Positions 37,076 to 47,364 are shown, counted from the stretch's first letter. The stretch: DNA of 64,000 nucleotides from Cyanophora paradoxa CCMP329 (GCA_004431415.1 QPMI01000393.1:23830-87829), one strand, 5' to 3'. The notes: a model not told the origin generated them from the sequence alone. Translations and numbers: made by a program.

Positions 37076-37318
37076 TTAACAACGCTTTCGGAATCTCTTA
37101 GACCTCTGGCGAATTTTCCTCATTTGTCTATCTTTTTCAATAATTTCCAAGAAGAAAGTTTCAAGATTTGAAACCAGTTGGTAATTATAAACAAAGAACA
37201 GTCTCACATGCTCTGGCTGTGACATGAAGAAATTGTAATAGAAAGCAGTTTTGAAATCATGGATCCAGTCTGATTGGGCAGCATGGATGATAGCAGGGTC
37301 TTGGTAGATGGGATCCAT
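37076..37318 (-). CDS. Small viral hypothetical protein with basic C-terminus
   Basis: MDPIYQDP...RKIRQRSKRFRKRC, convergent with the integrase. Confidence 0.5.
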   Translation of the reverse strand: MDPIYQDPAIIHAAQSDWIHDFKTAFYYNFFMSQPEHVRLFFVYNYQLVSNLETFFLEIIEKDRQMRKIRQRSKRFRKRC

Positions 37319-37483
37319 AGCAGAAGTTGAGAGAATCCAGAAAATCCTTGTCAATTTTTTATTTTGTTAGTGCCCGATCTCGACGAAACCTGATAGCTGC
37401 TGCCGAGAGGATTCCGAATCTGCTTTCAGAATTGAAAACGGAGCAGTTGGTAATAAAATACATATGTATGACCGAGATTGATG

Positions 37484-37842
37484 GAGTTTCAGTGATGTTT
37501 CGGTGAAGTTTCGGTGCGAAGTTTCGGTGAAGTTTCGGTGTGAAGTTTCGGTGAAGTTTCGGTGAAGTTTCGGTGAAGTTTCGGTCAATAGGATAATTCT
37601 ATAAATCGAAAAATGGTTGCGCGTCATCGCAACCATCATCGCAACCATGGTTGCATCATCGCAACCATCATCGCAACCATGGTTGCATCATCGCAACCAG
37701 GTCGCGCAACCACTCAATCGGGAAAAAAATGGTTGCGCAACCACTGAATCGGAAAAAAATTGGTTGCGCAACCAGGTTGCGCAACCAGCGCAACCATGGT
37801 TGCATCATCGCAACCATCATCGCAACCAGGTCGCGCAACCAG
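37484..37842. repeat. Non-coding repeat array: gtttcggtgaa units, then direct and inverted cgcaacca/tggttgcg units
   Basis: About 9 gtttcggtg-type copies (37485-37585) and many cgcaacc/ggttgc units (37613-37842). Confidence 0.85.
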
Positions 37843-38290
37843 TATGACGTCATGACATCACGTGTTTCGTCATATATATACACCATACATTTCGTGTGAC
37901 CCTGAGCCCCAGAGTCCCCGACCGACCAATCCGCTATTTTGTGGTCAAAATGTATATATGCGCATATATACTTGACGGTTCGCGTTACTACTGTCGGCAT
38001 CGCCTAACGTTCCCACTGTTGGGCTGTCGGCATCTTCAAACGCTCGTATCTCACCACCAGATCATCAGATCGTGACCGTCGACATAGCGCTGGAAAGCGC
38101 TTGAAAAGATCTACACGATGGTGTAGGTATCAAGTATATATACGTATAGATTACATACAAATATTTCGAAAAAACGATTAATCGGCTACTTTCTACTGTA
38201 AGGAACATACAGTAAAATAATGCGAAAATACAGTAGCTACTGTTAAAAAAGCCATAATCTGGCGCACCATACATCAGAAGTCCTGATGTA

Positions 38291-39832
38291 TCATACACTT
38301 CGAATAAATGCACCTGTCACATCCACTCTCATAGTTGGGGCATTTATATATACCAGTGGATAAATACGAATATACCTTGTCCTCAGAGGGTAGCCAATAT
38401 AGAAAACGTCTCTAATAGAGGTGGGAAACCCAGAACTGTATGAGACATCACCACTATTGTGGGCATTATTAATGGTTTCACACATGAACACTCTATTCAC
38501 ACCTTCATACTTGATAAATGACCAGGAAACACCATCTTGTGATGTTGCAACATTGAAGGTCTTAACAAAGGCATTGGTCACACCAGAACCATATGCAATT
38601 ATAGATGCTATCTCAAATATATATGGGAAGGATACTTGGAGATACTCAGTGGGAACACTCCATATCCCATCAGGAGCAGATGCATTTGCCTCCCAACCTG
38701 TTAAAGAAGGTCTTGCTTTAAATGCCTCCCTTCCAATTTTCGATGATGAAGCAGTGAATGCACCATCTGACAGAAGATACCAGTTAGCATCAATGGGAGG
38801 TATGTTATTCAGAGTGGATGATATATAGAATCTTGCAGGGTTCTTAATTTCATAGTTTGCAACCAGTAAATCACAAAGTCTATCAATCATTACACTGTTT
38901 GCTGCTATATACATTTCGGTTGCATCTATCATATCTGGTATCTTAGAGGTATCATCCAGAGAGTTTACTATGGTCTTTGGAAGTGGAACAGAGAGTCTAT
39001 AATATCTTGCATATCCTTGGTCATCATTATATGGGAGAAACTCTTGCATCTTTTCCAGGGCTGAGAGTTCACTTGCAGCCATCAACATATTAATTAATGG
39101 ACTCCCAGAGGTCGAAGCAATCCAAGAGAGGATACCCCAGCTGTTCACATCTTCATAGGAATATCCCACATTGGGGGCATCTGTTTCATTAACCTCACCA
39201 CAGGATATACTGATCACAATTATATCATCATCATCATCATAGATCTTCTTAGCATGGCTGTAACCACATACACTGGGATTGTTATTACCTGAGATTGCAC
39301 CATCAATTAGAGACATCCCATCATAGTTCACAGGTGAGAAGTAAGTAGGAGCAGCAGAGGTGGATCTTGCAGCAATCTTGCTGGGGATGGATTTGTAGAA
39401 GTTATCATTGGTGATAAAGATGGGCTTCATACTCACAGTATCAAAACTTGTGATCACCACATCTTTTAGAGAGTCTTGGATGAGAGACTCACCAGTAACA
39501 GTGAGAATGGCTGTCTCCAATGGGGTCACATCATACTTGGTGTTGAAGAGTGCATTATCTATAATATTTCTGGGATTTGCAAAGATTAAGGGGAGTTGAT
39601 TGAGATAAGTTGAATGCAAATCGGTTGCAGTGAGTTTGGGTTCGTTTGGAAATTCGGGATTTTTCACATTGAGACCAATCGCAATAATCCCACCAGTGGA
39701 TGTTCCACTCACCAGGTCAACAAGGTCTATTACTCTTTTTCCAGTTCGAGTTTCGATTTCTTTTAGCAATCTCGTAATAATTATACCACGAGCTCCCCCA
39801 CCTGAGAGACTGAGAATTACACGAAGGGGCAT
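38291..39832 (-). CDS. Patatin-like phospholipase fused to a C-terminal F5/8 type C (discoidin) domain
   Basis: GGGARG, GTSTG, SAAPTYF and DGA patatin motifs. EYLQVSF...SQDGVSW...TRYIRIYP...MRVDVTG discoidin pattern. Confidence 0.88.
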   Translation of the reverse strand: MPLRVILSLSGGGARGIIITRLLKEIETRTGKRVIDLVDLVSGTSTGGIIAIGLNVKNPEFPNEPKLTATDLHSTYLNQLPLIFANPRNIIDNALFNTKYDVTPLETAILTVTGESLIQDSLKDVVITSFDTVSMKPIFITNDNFYKSIPSKIAARSTSAAPTYFSPVNYDGMSLIDGAISGNNNPSVCGYSHAKKIYDDDDDIIVISISCGEVNETDAPNVGYSYEDVNSWGILSWIASTSGSPLINMLMAASELSALEKMQEFLPYNDDQGYARYYRLSVPLPKTIVNSLDDTSKIPDMIDATEMYIAANSVMIDRLCDLLVANYEIKNPARFYISSTLNNIPPIDANWYLLSDGAFTASSSKIGREAFKARPSLTGWEANASAPDGIWSVPTEYLQVSFPYIFEIASIIAYGSGVTNAFVKTFNVATSQDGVSWSFIKYEGVNRVFMCETINNAHNSGDVSYSSGFPTSIRDVFYIGYPLRTRYIRIYPLVYINAPTMRVDVTGAFIRSV

Positions 39833-39881
39833 CTTTACTTAACTCAAATTTAATAAATCTCTATAAGTAGAGTAAACAGGG

Positions 39882-42800
39882 ATGAGTTTCAATTACCCAG
39901 CAAACCTACAAACCATTCCCTCATCAGGAAGAGGGAAGACAGATAACAAACATGTAAATTTCGATAACTTGACAGCCAGAGGGTCAATCTCAATTGACCA
40001 CAGTGCAGATGAACCCTCAAAGACTCACCCAAGAATGCATGCACTTTCAATAAACGAAATGGATCCTGAAAAAGAGGATGTGAGTGTTGCTTTCAGCATG
40101 GGGAATGTGAAATCGAATCAGGTAGCCCAGATTAAAGCAACCAGGAGCAGACCAAGAAAACTGAAAACCAGTGGAACCCATCCAGATATTCCAACTCGAT
40201 TCGATAGTGGAAGGTTGATATTCAATGTTCAAAATGAGAAGGGTGGGCATCAGAGTGGTTTAAGAATCTATAATGAAGGATCAAATGCAATTGCACAAAT
40301 TCCCGAAATATTACAGATAGCCCCCCATGGAGAAACCAACAAAATCGAGTTCACTAACAATGTTTATCCACGAGATATTGTGGCGAATTCGGCTTCTAAT
40401 GCGCAATTCGGTTTCCAACTACCTGGTGATACAGCAAAGAATAAGGCGTCTATCACTGTCAACAGTAGCCCCACTCAACCAGTAACAATTCATTTACACC
40501 CAGATCTTGTCGAAATGGATAGGCACCTTTTACCTCTGGTAACTAACACCAAAGATCTTGGTATCAGAACCAGGCAATGGCGAAATATCCATGGAAGCAA
40601 TGTCTATGCAAATGGAGAGAAACTTGTAAGTGAGAAGACCATAAGAGAGATCTTTGAGTATTATGGACCTGTCCCAGTTCCCTTCCCTCTTCCATGGGAT
40701 CCACCAGATTTAACACCCAAGAAGCAACCAGGAAGAGAGTATACAGCAGATGAAACAGTTCCTTTTGGGCAACACATTGTGAGTTGGGAGCAGGTTCGAA
40801 ATAAACCGATAATTGAAAAAAGAAAGCAAATTGATGAGCAGTATTTACCACCTGAAATCGATATTTTGGAGCTTGATGAATACCAATTCGTCCCAGATGA
40901 GGAGGAATACCTACCTGATGGTTTCGACCCACAGGAGTATGAATATGATCAATATGACCCCAATGAGGAAGAGTATTTACCAGATGGTTTAGATCCACAA
41001 GAGTTTGAGTACGAACAGAATTATGAACCCGATGAGGAATATTTAGCAGATGGTCTCGAACCACCAGTTGTGGATTATGAGCAACCTTACGAACCCCATG
41101 AAGAATTATTACCAGATGGATTTCGACCTGAGATTTGGGAATTCTTCCCTGATTGGGAGCAGATCAACAATAAACCAGCCAGATTTCCACCAGAGGATCA
41201 CAACCATGACTGGGATGAGATCTTAGGTAAACCAGAGAAATTCCCACCAGAGGATCACAGGCATGATTGGGGTGATATCGATGGGATACCAACTGAGTTT
41301 CCACCAGAAGATCACAGGCATAAATGGAGCGAAATAGATGAGAAACCGAAATTTGCATCAGCAGGTGATGATTTCGACACCTTACATGGAGTTACTCTCT
41401 ACCAAAGTAATACCATACCAGAAAGATTACGATTAGATGAATATTATGTGAATCGTAAAGGGATTGATGCAGGCACCACAATGGAAGGTGAATTATACAT
41501 CAGACCACCTACAAGAATGCAGATAATTGCAGCAGGCGGAAATTTCGGTTTGATGGACACCAAACCAGGTATCTATTTAACCAGTTACTATGCTGATGAC
41601 ATCCCAATGACAGATAGTTTAATATTATCGCTTCCATCTGATCCAGCAAACTATGATGATAAAGATGCAGCAATACAAATTAATGTTACTGATGTGAGTG
41701 ATTTAGATTCATCAAGACCCAAATTAATATTCACCAGAGAGAGACTGTTACCCAATGCTCTCATTGGAAATCGAGATGACTATAAGAGATGCGAAATCTC
41801 ATGGATCAAAACGAACTATAATGGTGGAGTGGGTGAGGGTCTCTTAGAAATCAATCAGAGGGCAGCAGCAAAGAATATTCACAATGAGACCATATCAAGA
41901 GTGGTGACAGAGGATTACCTGCAAGCCCAAAACTACATAGATGAAACAGAACTAAATACAATCATTGCAGGTATAAATATTGGTGTGACAGGTGATTACC
42001 TTCCTCTCACAGGTGGGATTATTGATGGAACAGTTACAGCATGCAACTTCTTTGTTCACACTGAAAGCAATCAAACCTTCCCAGTTGTACATCCAGGAGG
42101 TGAGTATGAGATACCTGATGATCCAGCTATTATGCCTATTAAGATTGATCTCCCTTCTGATTATGTTGGAAGGGGTGAACTGAAAATAATCGCTTTTACA
42201 GGAGACTATAATGATCTCCTAAACAAACCAACAGCTGCAAATCTACACCCTGTTGCATTTTCTGGAAGCTTCCTTGATCTTAATAATAGAGCACACACCC
42301 ACACAAGAGCAGAGATCACAGATTTCAATACTCACACTCACACAAAATCCCAGATAACAGATTTTGCTCACACCCACACCAGAGCAGATATTACGAATTT
42401 CGCTCACACCCATTTTAAATCTGAGATCTCAGATTTTGCTCACACTCACACAAAGTCACAGATTACAGATTTTGCACACACTCATGTCAAGAGTGAGATA
42501 ACAGATTTTGCACACACTCATGTCAAGAGTGAGATTACTGATTTTGCTCACACTCACACCAAAGGTGAAATTACAGACTTTGCTCATACTCATACAAAAT
42601 CCCAAATTACAGATTTCGCACACACCCACCTTTGGGGAGATATTACAGATCGACCTACTCTGGATCCATTCACAGCTACCACTATAAGAGCCAACAACAC
42701 AATGTATGTAGGATCAGGTCAGATTGTAGAACCAGCAGGACCTATGTTTGAAGAAACATGGTTTTTCCACAATTCGCAGAATTACTTCGATAAAACCCTA

Positions 42801-43217
42801 CTTGTTCGTGGAAATGCTTATGCAAGACATTTCTATGCTATGAACCCTTCCAATAATCAGACTATTAGTAGATGTATCACAGAAGCAGATCTTTCCAGTC
42901 AACTCAATGCATATTTCAATGGGAAAATTCAAGCAGGAAAGTATGTTTACACTACTCCTGTTTTGAATTACAATAATTTATATGTGTTCAATCTAACTAT
43001 CTATTTTACCAATGCCTTTGCTTCTCCTCCTGTTGTGACAGCAACAGTAAGGCATGAAGGACAAGAACCAAATTATCAAGTAACTCCCGTCGTCTTTACT
43101 GTGAATTTGTTGAATGTTTACAGTGATTATTTCACTTGTGAACTTTTCACTGATCCATATGCAATGAATAATTCATCCAAAACTGTAACGATCCATTACA
43201 TTGCTGTCGCAATTTAA
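39882..43217 (+). CDS. 1111-aa fiber-like protein with phage-type HxH repeats and C-terminal H-type lectin-like domain
   Basis: Four acidic EEYLPDG-type repeats, three FPPEDHxHxW repeats, ten HTH-containing 12-aa repeats, YLPLTGG, FTGDYNDLLNKP, C-terminal FTNAFASPPVV...IHYIAV. Confidence 0.8.
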   Translation: MSFNYPANLQTIPSSGRGKTDNKHVNFDNLTARGSISIDHSADEPSKTHPRMHALSINEMDPEKEDVSVAFSMGNVKSNQVAQIKATRSRPRKLKTSGTHPDIPTRFDSGRLIFNVQNEKGGHQSGLRIYNEGSNAIAQIPEILQIAPHGETNKIEFTNNVYPRDIVANSASNAQFGFQLPGDTAKNKASITVNSSPTQPVTIHLHPDLVEMDRHLLPLVTNTKDLGIRTRQWRNIHGSNVYANGEKLVSEKTIREIFEYYGPVPVPFPLPWDPPDLTPKKQPGREYTADETVPFGQHIVSWEQVRNKPIIEKRKQIDEQYLPPEIDILELDEYQFVPDEEEYLPDGFDPQEYEYDQYDPNEEEYLPDGLDPQEFEYEQNYEPDEEYLADGLEPPVVDYEQPYEPHEELLPDGFRPEIWEFFPDWEQINNKPARFPPEDHNHDWDEILGKPEKFPPEDHRHDWGDIDGIPTEFPPEDHRHKWSEIDEKPKFASAGDDFDTLHGVTLYQSNTIPERLRLDEYYVNRKGIDAGTTMEGELYIRPPTRMQIIAAGGNFGLMDTKPGIYLTSYYADDIPMTDSLILSLPSDPANYDDKDAAIQINVTDVSDLDSSRPKLIFTRERLLPNALIGNRDDYKRCEISWIKTNYNGGVGEGLLEINQRAAAKNIHNETISRVVTEDYLQAQNYIDETELNTIIAGINIGVTGDYLPLTGGIIDGTVTACNFFVHTESNQTFPVVHPGGEYEIPDDPAIMPIKIDLPSDYVGRGELKIIAFTGDYNDLLNKPTAANLHPVAFSGSFLDLNNRAHTHTRAEITDFNTHTHTKSQITDFAHTHTRADITNFAHTHFKSEISDFAHTHTKSQITDFAHTHVKSEITDFAHTHVKSEITDFAHTHTKGEITDFAHTHTKSQITDFAHTHLWGDITDRPTLDPFTATTIRANNTMYVGSGQIVEPAGPMFEETWFFHNSQNYFDKTLLVRGNAYARHFYAMNPSNNQTISRCITEADLSSQLNAYFNGKIQAGKYVYTTPVLNYNNLYVFNLTIYFTNAFASPPVVTATVRHEGQEPNYQVTPVVFTVNLLNVYSDYFTCELFTDPYAMNNSSKTVTIHYIAVAI

Positions 43218-43236
43218 CTATTTCGTAATTATAAAG

Positions 43237-44292
43237 ATGACCTCTCTATTAGAAATCCCAAATTATGAACTTGCAGCCAAATCACTCCATAGCACCTCTC
43301 ATGGAGTAGTTGATTCAACCCCTGGGTATATTTGCACTGAAACTTCAAGTAATACATCATTCACAGAGAATAATATACTCAGAGTCAAAGAAATTCGATG
43401 TGACAGAAATAGAGGCAAGATAAGAACCACAGGGATTATTATCTCGAATAAAAATCAGGTTCAAGCAGGTCAAGTAGTCCCAGATTCAGCAATATATGAT
43501 AATGTAGGTGGATTTTCCACAGCTACGATTGTCACTTTTGGTAACACAAGCAATACTTCTGCTCTTGTGGTTAAAAGTGGAGGAGCCTACATTGGAGATG
43601 GAGCAAATGTGGTGGGAACTGTTACAGCAAATCAATTAACTGTGAGTGGGACAAGTTCATTTACAGGAGTGATGTCTCTTAATGGTGGATTCTCAGGAAA
43701 TATCCAATATGGAACTCTCATAGCTTCTACAAGAATTAATGCACCTGAGATAGATAATGGAACAGATACCAATATGAACTATAAAAGGAATGGTATAACA
43801 ATTTTCTCTCTTGACAAAATACCTTCCAATTTACAGACACCCACCCATCATGAGACTCTGACATTATCAAACGAAAAGTATTTGAAAAGAAATGGTTGCC
43901 CAAGATTTTTTGCTGCAAAACAATCGCCAAATGGAGCTTTAACTTTCACAATACCTTCTGGATCTGGTCCAATAACTTCTTATGGAACAGAGTTGGTAGA
44001 TCAGGGAAATTGCTTTGACCCCACGACAGGCACTTTTACAGCACCAATTGCTGGATGTTACAGGTTCTTTTTCTCAATCGGAACTTCATCGACAATATTT
44101 TATCTAATGATATACAAAAATGGAGCAGATACCGGATTGCAAGTGTATAACCAAGAAAAAGGTGGAGTCACTTGTTATGGACTTGACATTTTAATAAATC
44201 TTTCCCAAAATGACTCTATACAACTTTATTATCCTTACTCAACATATCCCTCCCGTTTACTTTTTGGTGGAATGCTTGTGAGTTTAACATAA
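43237..44292 (+). CDS. Fiber/spike paralog 1 with C-terminal C1q-like domain
   Basis: FDPTTGTFTAPIAGCYRFFF...FGGMLV; shares the N-terminal module. Confidence 0.78.
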   Translation: MTSLLEIPNYELAAKSLHSTSHGVVDSTPGYICTETSSNTSFTENNILRVKEIRCDRNRGKIRTTGIIISNKNQVQAGQVVPDSAIYDNVGGFSTATIVTFGNTSNTSALVVKSGGAYIGDGANVVGTVTANQLTVSGTSSFTGVMSLNGGFSGNIQYGTLIASTRINAPEIDNGTDTNMNYKRNGITIFSLDKIPSNLQTPTHHETLTLSNEKYLKRNGCPRFFAAKQSPNGALTFTIPSGSGPITSYGTELVDQGNCFDPTTGTFTAPIAGCYRFFFSIGTSSTIFYLMIYKNGADTGLQVYNQEKGGVTCYGLDILINLSQNDSIQLYYPYSTYPSRLLFGGMLVSLT

Positions 44293-44314
44293 TATTGTCT
44301 GTCTAATATAAAGT

Positions 44315-45343
44315 ATGACCACTCAAATAGCAGTTCCTGTTTTCTGTTATGCAGCACCAAAAATACATCAACTCAACCACACTGTCACAGATGCAACACC
44401 TGGGTTCATTTGCACAGAGACCACAGGAGCCGACTCATTCTCTCAGAACTCAGTCATAAGATGCAAAGAAATAAGATGTGATAGAAATGGAGGTAAAGTG
44501 AGAACCACAGGACTCATAGTTTCGAATAAAAATCAAGTTCAATCAGGTCAAATCGTTTCAGATTCCGCAATATATGATGATGTGGGAGGAGTCACCACAC
44601 CTAAAATAATAACATTTGACAACACCATTAATAACTCGGCTCTTGTAGTAAGAAGTGGAGGTGCTTTTATTGGAGATGGTGCAAATGTTGATGGAACTCT
44701 TACAGCAACTCAGGTAAATGTAACAGGAACAAGTTCATTTGCTGGTCTTGTTACTGCAAATGCTGGTATTTCCATACCAAATCAATCACAGCAGATAGTC
44801 CAAGCATCAACAAAAGTAATCACCCCTGAAATAGATACTGGATCAGCCACAAATCTGCTTCTGAAAAGAAATAGCAATACTGTGGCGTTGCTTGAATCTA
44901 ACTGTTTGACAATCAACACACAGAACTATTTAAAATATCATTCCCAACCACGATTTTGTGTTCAGCTAAACTATAATCATACAGCAACAAGCGCCTCTGC
45001 TTTGATTAACTGGGGGATGGTTCATCTTAATCATCCTACAAATCATTTTGCAGTTGCTAATGGGAGATTTACTGCTCCTGTTTCAGGGCATTACCGTTTT
45101 TCAGCAGTTACCTACTCACAAGCCTCAACACTACCCATAGAGCTTACTCTTCAAGTAAATGATGCAAACCCAAGTGGTGTTGCAATAAATGTGATTGCTT
45201 CAAACACTGCTGGATACAAAACCATTTCCTTAAATTGTATTCTCTATATTGCTGCGAATGAGTATGTAACACTTGTTACAAATACAAATGGGGTTTATAC
45301 TTCTAAAACAGCATTTGCAGGTGAGCTTATCAGCATCACATAA
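44315..45343 (+). CDS. Fiber/spike paralog 2 with C-terminal C1q-like domain
   Basis: FAVANGRFTAPVSGHYRFS...FAGELI; N-terminal about 150 aa highly similar to paralog 1. Confidence 0.78.
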   Translation: MTTQIAVPVFCYAAPKIHQLNHTVTDATPGFICTETTGADSFSQNSVIRCKEIRCDRNGGKVRTTGLIVSNKNQVQSGQIVSDSAIYDDVGGVTTPKIITFDNTINNSALVVRSGGAFIGDGANVDGTLTATQVNVTGTSSFAGLVTANAGISIPNQSQQIVQASTKVITPEIDTGSATNLLLKRNSNTVALLESNCLTINTQNYLKYHSQPRFCVQLNYNHTATSASALINWGMVHLNHPTNHFAVANGRFTAPVSGHYRFSAVTYSQASTLPIELTLQVNDANPSGVAINVIASNTAGYKTISLNCILYIAANEYVTLVTNTNGVYTSKTAFAGELISIT

Positions 45344-45365
45344 ATTTTCTCACCATAAAATAGGA

Positions 45366-45632
45366 ATGTCGAATATCTACCAAGTAGTCCTCTCAGATAC
45401 TGAAAAACTGGGAATGGAATATTGCTCTGCTTCTGTTCAGAATTGGATTGACAATGCAGCCCACAACAGAGCAAGAATTGCAATTGATGAGATTGTTCAG
45501 AAAGAGATACAGTCTTGCATCTCAGCTGGTATCCAAATACCAACCTCAAAGGAAGCAATTGTATTACAGGCATTCCAAAGGGGAACTGTGAAAAAGGCAA
45601 TTGAGTATAACAATGTCACAGAAGCACAATGA
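45366..45632 (+). CDS. Small protein resembling phage fiber-associated hypothetical proteins
   Basis: LSDTEKLGMEY..SVQNWIDNAAHNRARIAIDEI. Resemblance is recalled, not searched. Confidence 0.6.
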   Translation: MSNIYQVVLSDTEKLGMEYCSASVQNWIDNAAHNRARIAIDEIVQKEIQSCISAGIQIPTSKEAIVLQAFQRGTVKKAIEYNNVTEAQ

Positions 45633-45667
45633 TCATTATTTTTCTATCCTTCTTAGTAAAAGAAGCA

Positions 45668-46513
45668 ATGGGTGAATATAATCGAGTTCAACTTCCAATA
45701 TATTCCCTTGGATCCCCTGCTATGCACTTTCGCCAGCATGAAGTTAATGATGAGGTTCGTGGTTTAGAATCCACAGAGAGACCCAACTCCAATGGTAACT
45801 CCTTTGATAAAAATTCAATTATTCGAGTTAAAGAACTGAGAGCAGACAAGAATTCGGGTGTGGTTAAAACCACTCGACTCCTTGTCTCAAATGCGAATTT
45901 CTTCCAACCTACCAATGGAGGTCCTGATGCTTACAGTGTTGATCTGAAAGCCCTGGATTTCGATAAGAATTCTGCTGCTGTCACTGTGAGATCAGGAGGA
46001 GCATTTATTGGGGGTGGCTGTCGAATTTCAGGTCAGCTTTCATCCTCAATTTCGTATAATGATGTCCCAGATACTCTTGAACAAAATGTAGAGAACCCAC
46101 AACGAATTCGATTATATATACCAGTTGCACAACAGCCAATTATTCAATTTTACCAAGGTTATACTGTCACACTTGAAAACTCTGAATTGATTGAAGGAAC
46201 CAAAAGAGTAATGAGAGGGTTGGTCATTCCTTCTGCAATGCTTTCTTTATGTAGAGCCAACAATAACCAGCCAGGTCACAGATACAATTTCAGTGTTCAA
46301 GGATATGATCATTTCGGCACAGGGTTCTGTGTTTATACTAACAATTTCACCTATGATCTGTTTGTTACAGATATTGGAAAATATACAATTACAGTTATGG
46401 GTATCAGAACAGATATAGCTGCTGTCTCAGCTCTAAGAGGTGTTACTCCTGATACTCTTTCTCAAACAGGGTTTTACCAGGAGCCAGATGTGATTGATAA
46501 CCCAACCCCATAA
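45668..46513 (+). CDS. Fiber/spike paralog 3
   Basis: Shared N-terminal module (STE..RVKELRADKN.G.V.TT.L.VSN..SGGAFIG) with a different C-terminal domain. Confidence 0.7.
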   Translation: MGEYNRVQLPIYSLGSPAMHFRQHEVNDEVRGLESTERPNSNGNSFDKNSIIRVKELRADKNSGVVKTTRLLVSNANFFQPTNGGPDAYSVDLKALDFDKNSAAVTVRSGGAFIGGGCRISGQLSSSISYNDVPDTLEQNVENPQRIRLYIPVAQQPIIQFYQGYTVTLENSELIEGTKRVMRGLVIPSAMLSLCRANNNQPGHRYNFSVQGYDHFGTGFCVYTNNFTYDLFVTDIGKYTITVMGIRTDIAAVSALRGVTPDTLSQTGFYQEPDVIDNPTP

Positions 46514-46536
46514 ATTATATATTACTTTAATGTAAA

Positions 46537-47364
46537 ATGGCTGCCCCAGTAGAGCGAATTATTACACCCCAACTCTCATTAGCAGCACCTGCAAATCACG
46601 TTTTACAGCATGCTACCTTTGATGATGTAGAAGGTCTCCAATCCACAGAAGTCCAACCTACCATGAATACTTTTGGTTCCACCCATAAATTGAGATTGCA
46701 GGAACTCAGATGTGATAAAAATAATGGTATAGTTAAGACAACGAAACTACTTGTCACAAATGCAAACTTTTCTGCCCATTATGGAGACCCAGACAGTTAT
46801 GGTGATCCTCTTTCTACTTATTCTTTTGAATCTCGGTCAGGAGCTATTAACTGCAAAACGGGGGGAGCATATATTGGTGATGGTCTTCGGATTGGTGGAG
46901 CTGTTGGTGCGCCTCTTTTCGTAAATGATCAACCCAATCCCATTGATCCCAACACCAGAATTCGCACCTATGTCCCCAGTATGAATGCACCATATATTAT
47001 CAAGATCTTCCCAATTGTTGTGAATGAGCAGACATCAGTAGTTGATTCTCTTGTTGAGATTGGTGACCACTACAAGGTGGTTGTCGATATTCCACCAGAT
47101 GTTTATGCTGTCTGTCAAGTGGAGGGTGGAACCCCAAATATTGCAGTTGTGATCACCCCATATGACAATTTCGGAATCGCTTATCATGGAGTGAATTTCG
47201 GTCTTGAAGATTACCAGTTCTTGGTGAGAGCCACCAGATTTGGTATCTACAAATGCATTCTCTATGCTGAGAGAACCGATGCTATTGCAAGACAGAATAC
47301 ATATGCAGAGTATTACGGCACAAATCGATACTTCCCCATTTTCGGGCAGGATACTGCTCCATAG
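46537..47364 (+). CDS. Fiber/spike paralog 4
   Basis: Shared N-terminal module; C-terminus related to paralog 3 (YD.FG...G.Y...RTD). Confidence 0.7.
   Translation: MAAPVERIITPQLSLAAPANHVLQHATFDDVEGLQSTEVQPTMNTFGSTHKLRLQELRCDKNNGIVKTTKLLVTNANFSAHYGDPDSYGDPLSTYSFESRSGAINCKTGGAYIGDGLRIGGAVGAPLFVNDQPNPIDPNTRIRTYVPSMNAPYIIKIFPIVVNEQTSVVDSLVEIGDHYKVVVDIPPDVYAVCQVEGGTPNIAVVITPYDNFGIAYHGVNFGLEDYQFLVRATRFGIYKCILYAERTDAIARQNTYAEYYGTNRYFPIFGQDTAP

Noticed and set aside
37484-37842. Possible CRISPR-like array
   Set aside because: Units are 9-11 bp and contiguous, with no unique spacers and no cas genes.
38065-38313. Hydrophobic 82-aa ORF downstream of the patatin gene
   Set aside because: Overlaps the patatin stop, has no motif, and its composition reflects AT-rich non-coding DNA.
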